From: Lingula anatina
Lineage: Eukaryota; Animalia; Brachiopoda
Length of the DNA: 64,000 bases
NCBI GenBank assembly: GCA_051362555.1
Contig: CM120644.1
Location: forward strand, 24,698,534 to 24,762,533
Direction of reading: 5' to 3'
The notes under the pieces were generated by a model. That model ran no database searches, was not told the DNA's origin, and saw only the letters and a list, made by a program, of their open reading frames with translations. Position 1 is the stretch's first letter; the number at the start of each line of letters is the position of its first letter. This document shows, piece after piece, positions 52,141-64,000 of the stretch. A program made the position numbers and the translations under genes.

Positions 52141-55100
52141 CTTTTCCTTTCTGGTCAAGATCAATTAATCTTTATGTAATTCAAGTAAACGAGAGAAAAG
52201 AGATTGAACTAAAATTAGCCTGCATAATATTAATCCATCTCGTTAAGCATTAACCTATCATTAATGTAACAGTATTATCTTTATAATGGCCTATAGGGTT
52301 TTTGTTATGAGTGTGCCAGTGTCACTGTTACAGCTTGTAATGGACACCTTTTTGCACCGTGCAAAAAACGCATTTCGAAAGATTCAACTGTTCTTGTCAG
52401 ATTTACGTTAGGTCGCACAAAGAAAACCCAAGGACACTTAGTCAGAAGTTTAACGGGTTATCTGTTGAATCTCCTTAGCAACACGATGTACATGAAGTCT
52501 CCAAGTTCGGAACCCTCTCCCATAACGTCTTCTTACACATATGGTTCTTCTAAAAGCAATCCTATGATATTTATTCCGAAGGTTTAATTCCCAATTTTCT
52601 TCTCTGAGGTGTATCCAATGCTGCACTATTGAATAGTGCATATAAATGTTAATAACTCAAATTGTACACGTGCACTTGCGTTATGTAATTACAGTGTATA
52701 TGTAAAGCAATTAACCAAGCGACTCCACAAATATCAAAATGCAATTCTGTAGGATTATATACGCGAACTGAAGAAGTTTGAAGATGCAAGCTGTTTAAAT
52801 TGTGTAGTTTTCTGCAAAAGAAGAGTTATTTCCGCTGGTCGGTTTTAGTTGCATTTTATTGTTTTTCTTCTAGCTTGTGGAAAGTTCAATGCTAACTTAA
52901 AATCAACCCTCCCTAAATTATCCTTATTTGATTTTAAAACCTTGACACCTTAAAGGGTGACCGAATGTATATATCTAGTTTTCTGTTTTCTATTAAAAGG
53001 AATTAAATAGTTTAGCAGTATCATGCCTATCTGACCCTTTTTATTAAAATGACAAAATATTCACAATCTAGTCAAAACTGGATCTTAAAATATTCTGGTT
53101 CGAATGCAGATGTATTACACTTTATAATTAAAATAGTAACGAAGGAATGTGTGATTGAAATGGTGGGGTAGGATGTGACCTTATGATATAATTGGTTGCT
53201 CTTTGAATACCTCTACGTTGACTTTCGTGACTGCTAAGTACTGTACAAGCACATCTCTTGACATCTAACCTTATATCAAGTGACCTTTACCTATATAAAA
53301 CCTGTGTACGTCTTGTGTTGGTGAGTTCGTTGCTATGGTATTTCATTTATTTATGTTCGTATTTCCTATCATATTTACTATAGAAATATTTTCTACTATT
53401 ATTATTCATTTTTCTTTCAGCCTCAGATTACAGACATCCTCTAGTTTATCCTCCGTTTCAGTCATTTACAATCCCTCTCGGACATTGGGGAACGTACGAG
53501 TTAGCCCTGTGTAAATCTATATACGTACTATCTGGCATTTATCTATAGTAAGACTAGTATTTTTTTTATATAACAAAAAACATGTTAAATTATCATTATA
53601 ATTCATTTTTTCGGCTGTATTGCAAACATTACTGTAAACCAGCCACCCGAGTTGAGTTACTCATTCCTGATAACACTGGTATTAATCCGACAGTATTCGT
53701 TTAACTCAACGTTGTAGAATTTCAGGATTCGCAGCACTCCAATGTCTTGATATCGTTTTTATTCAGTTCATTATACAGTAAAAACATGCCTGTTGTTTTA
53801 CATCAAACACACGTCCAGCAAGAATAATTTATTCCAATTCATACCTCCTTTAATCCCCGTACAGTCCATGCTGTCATCATTGTTTTCCATAGTGAAGTTC
53901 AATCACCAGCTCCTTGTTTGTTGTTACCTTGATTCTGCATAGATATGGGTTTATATGACGTAATTTTCCTTTATGACGCATTTATTATTCTATGACGTTT
54001 TAAACGTTATCTCTATATGACGTCATAACGTAACAGTGTTGTTTCAGACGTTGACATTGGCGTATTTGAAAACAACGTGCTTAAAAGACATGAATGGATG
54101 AAAATGTTGCATAGACGGATTGCATGCCTGGTGCTCGCTTTTATTCATGGACAACGCGCTATATTGTTCATCTTTGGATCTAAATACTGTTATATTGAAA
54201 GCGTCATGAAAAATTTCTATGTGAATTATCAACCAGATAAAAACACATTCATTCCAATTCATTAATGGAGCGATTTAATATCCGTGATTTGTCTCTTCTA
54301 TGACAATAGCGGGTCCTTATTAGGCTACATGACCCCAGCACTTAAATTTCTTTGGAAGTGCCCATATTCCCCTCCCACCCAAACCCCCCAAAAAAGTCCC
54401 ACCCTACATGGGACACCTGATATCCATTCCAAGGACAACCATTCCTTTCCCACCGGGCGGCGGGACGCAAACGTACGATCATCAGTTTTGGTTTGAATTC
54501 GATTCGAAGACTAATGAAAACAAAAACCGTTCTGCTGTCGATCGCGTTTATTTACAATTTGAGAAACTGAACCTCGGTGCTAAACAAAAAATAAATAAAT
54601 AAATAAAAAGATAAAATAAAATAAAATTTAAATAATAATAAAAGTAATAACAACAACAACAATAATAATAATTAATAATAATACAACAGTAATAATTGAA
54701 ATAAAATTTAAATATTAATCAGTTAACATCTTCAAGACCCGAGTTTTGTTATTTTATGTCTAAAATTTCGAACTCTTTACTAGCAAAATCTCATCTCTTC
54801 TATTTGTTTTACATTCTATGCACATCATCTACCAGTTAAAACTTTTCACATGAAAACGATAAAAAGAAAAAAAAGGAAAAGATCAACATTTCATGCATAG
54901 GCTAAAATGAAATCCACTGTTTATAGTTTAAATATATAAGTAAAAACAAGGCAGCAAAGCTGTCAAATGTACAGACAAAAAGCAGGAAATAACTATGCAC
55001 AAAATAGGCTATTGTCAATTCTGATGCAAAAGTACATTATGTTAAACTGCAAATTCAACATCAAAATTTTTATTATGCTCAACAGGTAATACCAATGTAA

Positions 55101-55355
55101 GTTAAATGTGTAACAAGCAAAAGGCTTCAGGCCCATGGGAGTTCAAGTTCACACTTTGAAAATGTATAACTTCCAGAAAAAGAAGCCAATTAGACTGCTT
55201 TTCCAACTCAGGCTGCATTTTAGTCCTGTATTTCTTTTTTGAAAGTTTGACAATCATAAGTAACATGGCTTTCCCATAAAGGTCATCATGGCAGCAGCAC
55301 CCAAAATTTTGTTTTCTTCTATTCTGGTGCAATATTACATAATGGTTAACAGCAA

Positions 55356-55697
55356 CAGCTCTGTAAATATAAAGCCAAAAAGTAAAACTGCCTTCCACTT
55401 ATCGTGTTTAGCATAACTACTAAAATGATGGCCCGATCATGCTGATTTTCGAACTTGACCTGTGTTTTAGTAAGATTGATTTCTCCTGTGAGTTTTATGA
55501 CAGCAGGCTTATCGGTTTTTCCTTGAAATATGTTTACAGTGTTGCATATATGCTGAAAAGTGAAAAAAAACAGCATAACTTATACAATAATGGCACGATC
55601 ATGCTGGTTTTCGAACTCGACCTGCGTTGAATGAATATTCATCAGCTCTGTAAATATAAAGCCAAAAAGTAAAAGTGCCTTCCACTTATCGTGTTTA
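55356..55697. repeat. Local direct duplication / dispersed repeat fragments
   Basis: cagctctgtaaatataaagccaaaaagtaaaa(c/g)tgccttccacttatcgtgttta at 55356 and 55643; gatcatgctg(a/g)ttttcgaact at ~55435 and ~55598. Confidence 0.7.
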
Positions 55698-55827
55698 CAA
55701 GGAAAGTGCACGGCGACGGCATCGGCATCGGCATCGGCGACGGCGACGACAGACGCAGGTGATGGCAATATGTACAGACGCATCTGTGTCTATACATAAA
55801 AACGTATCTGTAAATGAAAAATATAAA

Positions 55828-57038
55828 GGCTCTCTAACAACCCGTCGTGCGTGCTTAGAGATCGTGCTTCCTCGGAGTTCTTGTCAGGCGTAGCGTTGTC
55901 GCAGGATGAACATTAAATCGCAGCGGACGTAAGTAGTAAGTACTTTATGAATAGGTGTGTCGTGCTCTAAACGTAGGGCCCGCAAGTGGTCTGTACGCCT
56001 TTTTTGGAAGTAGGAAGAAGTTAGGAGCACGTACGATCTGTACTTGTGTCGCACACAGTGAGTGAGATAATCGTACGTTTATTGAAAGTAAAGCGTGCGT
56101 TTTCAGAAATCGTACTTACGAAGTAAGAGAAACGTAAGAGAAACGTAATGAGCATGGAATTGTTAAGCACGACACTCGTGCGTCAAATTGGTGGAACGCA
56201 TGGATTATTAAATTAATATAAAAGGGAGCACCGAGTCTCTTCATCATTCACTGTTTTGGCTTCCAAAATGGCACTTCCAAGAAGGATGCGTCATCGACTT
56301 TGAACTGAATGCAGACTGTTCGTATCAGCTTTGATATAGGCGCACGATGCACCTAAGCAAGTACTTGTGGCGCACTTTTATGGTGCTGGTCACCTGCGTC
56401 GTCTTAGTGTGACGCACAGTACGATAGAAGTACACGCCACGCACTTTGGAAGTAAGATAAACAGCCCCCTTTTTGTTGACACGTACATTAAAAGCACGTA
56501 CGAGTCTCTTGCGTGGTAAGTATAACACCCCATTTCCATAGGTTTTTAGATCGATCTATCCCTGTGGGAAGTCTCACTAGATTACTGTCAGCTTAGCCGG
56601 CTTAAGCGTCTGTCCCGCCTACTAAAAGCTGTAAGGGGGTAATTAACTATGGTGCCCGCTCGGCCGACTGCAATTTAGCGTGAACCCCCAGGGAGTTAGG
56701 TCGATCTAAGACTTAATCTTTAGATCGATCTAAATCCCTGGGAAAGCACCCTAAGTCTTCGTGGTGAAATTCCCCCGGAATTTCTGCATGCTTTCCCCGC
56801 GTTACACGCACGCCCAGCGCATGCGCACTTACTCAGTACTTTTGTCTTGCGTGCTACGAGCGTGCTCCAGGCGTTCAAATTGTCGCACACAGGTCGTAGC
56901 GAAAAACTGGCCGGCCATTTTTCGGGCTGCGTCCACCAAAAAAAAAGTACGTTCTACGTGCGTGTATCTTACTACTTGGCCAACATTTTGCACGCAAACC
57001 GCTCGTAGAAGCACGCACGACCGGTTGTAAGAGTAGCT
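55828..57038. mobile_element. Non-autonomous TIR element (~1.2 kb, CpG-rich, possibly Harbinger-type) with a nested family B MITE
   Basis: gctctctaacaacccgtcgtgcgtgctt versus aagcacgcacgaccggttgtaagagtagc are imperfect inverted repeats; taaa / ttta flanks. Confidence 0.7.
56526..56751. mobile_element. MITE family B copy with TAA target-site duplication
   Basis: Similar to the 7455 and 18953 copies; TAA at 56523-56525 and 56752-56754. Confidence 0.8.
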
Positions 57039-57829
57039 TTACATGTTGATCTGCAAAAGATGAGAGTGCTCAATTAAATTTACAAAATTGATTGAATCTT
57101 TGTATGTCTTCATGCAAACGTTTATTTAATTATTTAGAACTTCGGCGCAATTTCAACAAACCTTGTGTTCACTACATTTCCTCAGTTATATTAATCACAT
57201 TTTAAACATAATTGAAGTTTCAAATCATATAAGTCATTACTCCTTAATATACTATATATGTGGATATTATTCCTGTGATGTGTTCACGATGGCCATATTC
57301 AGTTCCAACAACAAGCTCCCCTTCACTGTTGACATCAACTGACACAGGTTCCCCAATGTCATTCCTTGTCAAAATGCGGCGAAGAAATCCTCCGCTGTCA
57401 TTCCTTGTTAAAATGTTACGTAGAAATCTTCCGTCTGAACCAAGGACAACCACCCTGTCATTATAACGATCAGCTATGAATATGTGTCCAAACCCATCTA
57501 CGCACACTCCTCGTGGATACGACAGATGTCCGTCTCTACTTCCACTCTGACCTCGTGCTCCGTATTGGAACATGACGTCACCCTGGGGTGTCACTGCATA
57601 CACACAGTGGGCACTGTAGTCGCTGACTATGATTGCATTGATGATGTGGTGGTATGCACAGTGCAGTGTGTCTTCACTGCACATTGGGATAGGGATTCTG
57701 TTAACAAGTTGAAAAGATTTTATGTCGTACACACAGATGCACTGTACACCACTATCACACACGTACACCTTACCCTCTGTACGGTCCACAGTGACACCCC
57801 AGGGTTTAGACATATCACCCTGACCAAAA

Positions 57830-60333
57830 CGGAAGTAATATTCTAAGATGGGCTAGGGGATTTTGCCAATAGAGGGCTTCGTGTGAATACTAGTTATTTT
57901 ACATGCCACTTGGTGCGCTGTATTCCCATTCACAAAATGATGACGTAGGCGTATGACCCTTTTAAGCTCAAGAAAAAATATGAAGAAAATAGGGATATTA
58001 CGTACTTAACAGCAAGTCACGATTAAAATATACCATTATGTTTACGTGTTTTCTTGTTTGTGTTGTTTTAAGGAATTGTACATGTAATATGAGAACAGAA
58101 TAACTCATGAGTTGAAACAGCGTTGGAAGGAACAGATATATATGCACTATGTAAATTAACGTTGGCCCTGCGTTAATCATTATTTACAATGGAATTACAA
58201 GCATTTTCACGTGATTATTTTAAAATGAATGTTTAATACAGATAACATGTTTCAGGGTGTCGACTTTGGCAACTGAAGGAGGTGGGAGGGGGGGCTCACA
58301 TCATTATATGAATAACATAAAATATGTATTATATTATTTATAAATGAGCAAAACAATCCGCATAATATGTATAAACTACCAATTGAGAATTGTTGAGGGT
58401 AATTAGTACCCTCTCACTCTTCTGCAGCGGAAATTGTCAATTACATCTAAGAGCATAGATAATCTACGGATAATTGAAATTAAACAGATTATAATTACAC
58501 TTTATTTATCGATTTCTAATGAATAACATGTAGTGGTGGATGGGGGGGGGGGGGGGGGGGGCGTGTGGGGGAGGGGTCTTGACCCCCTTTTCGATTTCTG
58601 TAAAAAATCACATCAATGGTCTCTGTTAAAATAAATAGCACTGTTCGCCCTATAGAGGTGGAACGAGGGTCAGCTTTGCATCTGCAGCCTGTCATTCCAA
58701 AAAAGCCAGATCCCCCTTCAAATAATCCTGGATCCACCCCTGACATAGTAGTATCAATCCTGTATCGAGAAAAGTGGGATTTGTCCTACGTATATATAGT
58801 TTATAATGGTAAACCTGTAAATTGCTTCTTGGCCCCGATTTGTTAATTTAATGCTAGCCCAGGAAGCATAAAAGCAAATGCTGTATATAAAAAAAACTGT
58901 TATTCTTCCAATTTATTGCCACCAACAAAGTATAATTTAACAATTTAATTAATGCATTCTTACCAAGACAAATGTTAAAAGAAAATATATATAAATTTAC
59001 AGTTTCGATATGAAAGACATTTGTGGATGGATTACGGATATTTTTTTATTAAACAATCCTTCGTTCTTTATTAATTCAATTTTTTTGTTTCTTTTTCTTG
59101 TTAGGAATCTTGTAACTGAAGTTGTCGAAGTGAATATTTTATTCACTGTGTATTTTTTTTTTTACTGAGCTTTGCATGATATATAATCTACTGAGTGCAA
59201 ACCTGTGAGACATATTGGGTCGAGAGTTTTGCACAGGAATTTCCACTTTTAACCAATGTCTTTGGTTACTAAAAAATTGCAAAAAACTGAAAAAGTGTAT
59301 TATAAAAATATATTTATTCTCATAAAACTTATAGTACTTTTAGCATTACCATGTCACCCACAGAAAAAAAGTGGTTTAAAAAAAATAATAAAGAAAAAGA
59401 TGCAGTTGATAAAAGGGAGTTTAATAAATCTCAATTATGGAATATATTACATACATACTTATTTACACACACACATTTATATAGGAGATTCATATTTCAC
59501 TTAGAATACTTTGTAAACAACTCAGAGAAATATAATAAATTCAATTTTACTACCAAAATGGTGGTTCTTGCAATTATTCTGGAATCTGTGCTTACCACTT
59601 AACCATGTGACCTTCACAGATGACTAACCTCTGATAATCTGTTAAGAGTTGGGGGAAGCATCTGAACTTATTTGTTCTCTTGGGTAGAGTACTTTTTATT
59701 GTAAATAAACAAAATTATGTAAATATTTGGTCAACATTTTATCATTTAATGTGATCTATTCTTAAAATAAAATTCACACTTGTCTTTACTAGTACACAGT
59801 ACAATGTACATGTCATTTAAAATAAGATAAGAGGAGAGCCTCATCTTTTAATTTTAAAAATATTTAAAAATATTTTAAAATATTTTACAACAATCAGTAG
59901 GTTAACCATTTTAAGTTACTGTTGCACAAGTATATTGATTTCTCTTAGATAAACTGCATAAGGTGTGTTTACTGCAGGTAATAAAGAGACCTTGGGTTTG
60001 GAAGTGAAAAAAAATGTTGCGAACCACCCAAAATTTATTTTAAATAACAATTTAACTGTATTCATGTATATCAATATTTTCATTACTTCACTTGCAGTGT
60101 TTTGTTCAGATCTAAAAATGATTTTCCCACAATTATATAAAAATAAGGACATAAATACAGTACAGTGCATATTATACCCCTAATTCAGTGCACATGACTC
60201 TTTAACAAGTCCATCACCCAGACACCATTTTCAACACAGCATCCCATCTGCACCTTATAGAAATAGTAACAATAAAAATATAAAAAAATGTAATGGACCC
60301 CCCACAGTTAATGCAAAAGTTTGATTCAATATT

Positions 60334-60394
<61 letters not shown>

Positions 60395-61184
60395 AATATA
60401 TAATAGTAAAATCATTTCCAGGATTTGGTAGTAGTGGTCTCTTACAGAATTATTCTGGATCCATTATTGTTTTTGCATTAAATAACGACATGTCACAGTT
60501 ATATTCACTGGGCCAGTTAAGATTCCCTTTTGCACTTGTATAATTTAAAAAAAAAACTGTCACAAGTGTTGCATTATGACAAAATTAATCTGCTCTTATG
60601 CCGATAGGTATTATTTTGAAGTGGCTTTTGTCTGCAACAACTGAAAATCAAGAAAAAGATACTATATTAGTTATTAGCATTAAACATCAAACCAAAGGGA
60701 CAAAACAGTGACATTTCCAGACAGACAGGTGGGAAAACATGACCCCATCTATTTTGGAAGCTACAAGAGTCCAGGAATTTTAAGTGTCAAAAACTGAGAG
60801 ATCCTTAAAGGCTTTTTCAGGGCATAAAAAACTTTAAAGCAATCAAAGGCATTAAATTCATAAATTTAAATATTAATACATTATTGAAAATAAATATGAA
60901 TACAAGCTAGATTTTTGTATTTTAAATCTAACATCCAACTCTTACTTAATACATAAATAAATATCATAATTCTCATTATCATTTTTTTAACAAAATTAAA
61001 TTCCATATTCATACCAATATTTCTTAAAACCAGAATGGCTACATTTAGCCTATTAAAAAGTCTGGATGGCACATCTTTGTTAATTTGCCCAAGCCATATT
61101 CCAACAGGTACTCCACTGCCTGAATAAAAATTAATAATGATTCTATTAATATACCAGGAAAAAAGGAAAATCCCTACACAATGG

Positions 61185-61269
<85 letters not shown>

Positions 61270-63351
61270 AATATGTCTACACAAAAGTAATTTTGATGTT
61301 CAATACATTACGGGTAACTGTCTGTGCTGTTCATAAAATGTTAATAAATTCACATTGGGCGTTTATATTTTTTCTCTGTGTTTATGAACATGGTCTGGTC
61401 ATATTGAATTATGTTTAATCCTTGCTTGGGAGCTAAGTAATAAAATTTAAATCTAAAAATTATTTCATTGGCCTACAAATGTTTCCCTTAGGGACTCTTT
61501 AGAGGTGTACAAGTTTAGAACTTATATTGAAATGTGTGCTTCCTAGGTAGCATAACTCACATGTATACACCACAGCCGACAAGTGTAGCCATCTAGTTGT
61601 TTTTCATGTTCAATGGTGACAAACTGGCACCCTTTTTTTTTTCTTCTGGAGAAGTTGCTGAAAATACATTACAAGAAAAATTATACCTATTAACCCAATC
61701 ATAATATTGAATTGTCTGCACCTTGCACATATAATTAACATAATTAATATAAACACAGGGGCAGATGAAAGATTTAGACTGTCTTCAAGGTCTTCTGAAA
61801 GAAGGTCCGAGCTTACATTGGTGGGTATTTACTTTTTTCCTTTGGAAGACGGTCAAAAATGGAAAATGGATCGACAAAGATAATTTGGAAGACTCAGAAA
61901 ATATCTCTGGATCCACCCCTGTAAACCAATTATTAATACAATACAATATATAACATTTTTTACAAGACAAGACTGTTTTAATATTCAACTACCCCCAGTT
62001 TCTTGCGATGATGTCCTTTTCTTGGTCAGTCTCTCCAAGGGAATTGACATAGGTGAATTTACCCTCCTTTCTTCCACAATTCTAAGCACAATAGACACAA
62101 GTGAAAAAAATAATAAGTCCTAGTCAGTTCAATATGTCTTCATGTTAAACAAAATACAAAAATTGGTGTTGGGTGGAGAGTAAGTCAAATATCAGATTTA
62201 ATACAGAATACTAAAATTCTCCAAATTATGTCTTTTAACTTATTTTAATACACAAACAAATGTAACGATTTCTTTATTAAAACAGGATTATTTTAAAATT
62301 ATATAGATTTGTTATTGCCTTATGTCAAGCATATCTTATAGCAGAGTTACAGTTATTGCAGAGATAAACTGCCTTCATTCTATTTAGTAAAAACAACCCA
62401 AATCCAAAACTTAAATCTAAGAGAGTCCCATATAATGGATTGAATGTTTACCAAGACAGCATAGTACGTGTCCTCATCTAATGCAAACTCTGTCACATAA
62501 TATTCTCAGGCCTTTTTATATCACTAACACAGAAAAAAAAATTAAAATTAAAAGCAAGTGGAATTTAATTCAAATTATTATATTCATACATTGCCATTTG
62601 GGATAAAAAACAATTATACTAACAAAATGCCACCAAACCTATACCTGTACGAAAAAAAAAAAAAAAAGAAATTGTAGAAAAAGAAAAGTATTGAGAATTA
62701 TTTTTTTTAACATAAATAAGGAAACCTTTTTAAAAAAAACTATTACATATATATCAATGTATTTTTTAAAGTGCCAGCACATTTAAAGGTGGTTAAAATA
62801 AAATTCAATTTTTTCATTGTATTATTTGAGGTTTAATTTATAACACCAACCACAAAAAACAATGTCCTTTGAGACATAATGAAAAGGAAAAAAATTAAGT
62901 CAAAAGAAATATTATATATATAGGCAAAAAAAAAAAAGTTTTTTAAAGCATATTCAGTTACCTATTTAAAGATAATATGGGTAACCATCATATACAATCC
63001 TGAACATTACATGAAGGCTCACATGGAATGAAACACCTGTAAAAAGAATAGTAAATGATTATGTTTCTACCTCATATGACCAAATAATTCATTTTCTCTT
63101 AAAGATCTTGGAAACATCTTGATAGCTTTAAAATTTATAATATGCATTATTCAAACACGTAAATATCATATAATAAATTCAAATAGGACCTTCATTGCTG
63201 TCAAGTTTACCGCTATTTTCAGCTTAATGTGTCTACGTCATCATTTTGTGAATGGGAATACAGCGCACCAAGTGGTATGAAAAATAACTAGTTTTTACAC
63301 GAAGCCCTCTATTGGCAAAATCCCCTAGCCCATCTTAGAATATTACTTCCG
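57830..63351. mobile_element. 5.5 kb DNA transposon with ~118-bp TIRs (CGGAAGTAATATTCTAAGATGG...), decayed multi-exon interior
   Basis: 57830-57948 and 63233-63351 are near-identical inverted repeats; insertion splits a TRIM codon; AT-rich interior with short spliced exon remnants on the minus strand. Confidence 0.9.
61561..62081 (-). pseudogene. Two exons of a Ulp1/SENP (C48)-like protease remnant inside the transposon
   Basis: Exons 62081-61993 and 61657-61561 join in frame (GT-AG, phase 2): NCGRKEGKFTYVNSLGETDQEKDIIARNWGNFSRRKKKGCQFVTIEHEKQLDGYTCRLWCIH, resembling the YxDSL and QxNGxDCG motifs. Confidence 0.5.
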
Positions 63352-64000
63352 GATCGGATAACCTGACCTGATGTTGAATACAGTCTACAGCATTTATCTC
63401 TGCATGTAACCACGAATGTATCGTCACTGACTGTAGTGATACACCTCACCCCTCCCTCTATACTGATCTTACGATTACATCGACCTGTGCTGGAGAATAC
63501 GGACACTGTGCTTGAGAATACGGGAATAATGCTGGGGTCTATTAAGAGTGAATGAAGAAAACTGCAATTACCACTTAAAACTAAAATACAACCGTAATCT
63601 GTGCACTGGATATCCCGCAGCCAACCCCTCACGCTACAACAGATATTCCGCTCCGGCTTATCAAGCCAGGTTACCTTCACAAATTCTATCAGCGCAGGAT
63701 AGTACGCTCTCTTTTGTTTTAAACTTCCAAAATATGTATCAAAGCGACCCCGGTATGTTTTGGCGGTAATGGACCCCGTTTTGATGGACAGCGGCCGTGG
63801 TTCAGGAATTTTAGGAAACTGTAGCACAACATCCATTTTTGTTTGCCCTGGTGTAAATGTTATATCGGTGATCTTGGTATCAAGGACTGGTTCTACTGTC
63901 TGTAACTCCTGAATTCTAGTTTGGAGTTTTTTAGAGTGGGTCATGACCTCGATGTCAGAACCGGTGTCTGTGAGCTGCTGAGCGAAATCACGAATACTCT

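Larger units (their letters stand above)
57244..64000 (-). pseudogene. Second TRIM-NHL paralog (5' part outside the window), interrupted by a transposon at 57830-63351
   Basis: 63352-64000 aligns to the coiled-coil/linker/first NHL region of 48884-51094 and 57244-57829 to its C-terminal NHL repeats; removing the insert restores ...SGQVIRS|FGQGDMSKPWG... in frame (paralog: SGQGIQCFGQGDMSDPWG). Confidence 0.88.

Noticed and set aside
58531-58742. GGATCCACCCCTG-ended small repeats (also 61757-61921 and 42586)
   Set aside because: Probably a common MITE, but ends and TSDs are too degenerate to define
63309-63351. C-terminus GSNILRWARGFCQ of the 211-aa ORF
   Set aside because: Read-through into the transposon TIR, not native TRIM sequence

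Overview
AT-rich, intron-rich animal genomic DNA. Gene and repeat content suggest a lophotrochozoan, probably a mollusc (inference only). In order: (1) an 11-coding-exon polypeptide N-acetylgalactosaminyltransferase (pgant9/gly-5-like) on + at 14455-25032, with MITE-rich introns; (2) three tandem 4-exon genes (30222-43101, +) for secreted precursors with a signal peptide, an acidic pro-region and a 12/12/10-cysteine domain I cannot assign to a known family, mostly missed by the ORF track; (3) a ~4.2 kb non-autonomous TIR element containing an L2-type LINE fragment; (4) an intronless RING/B-box/coiled-coil/NHL TRIM gene on -, a C1q remnant, and a second TRIM paralog split by a 5.5 kb TIR element with no visible target-site duplication and with Ulp1-like exon remnants. 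Local duplications spanning splice junctions recur across the window, most strikingly a 14-copy array of a 5' splice donor. All gene models were read by eye from GT-AG sites and frame continuity; no searches were run.
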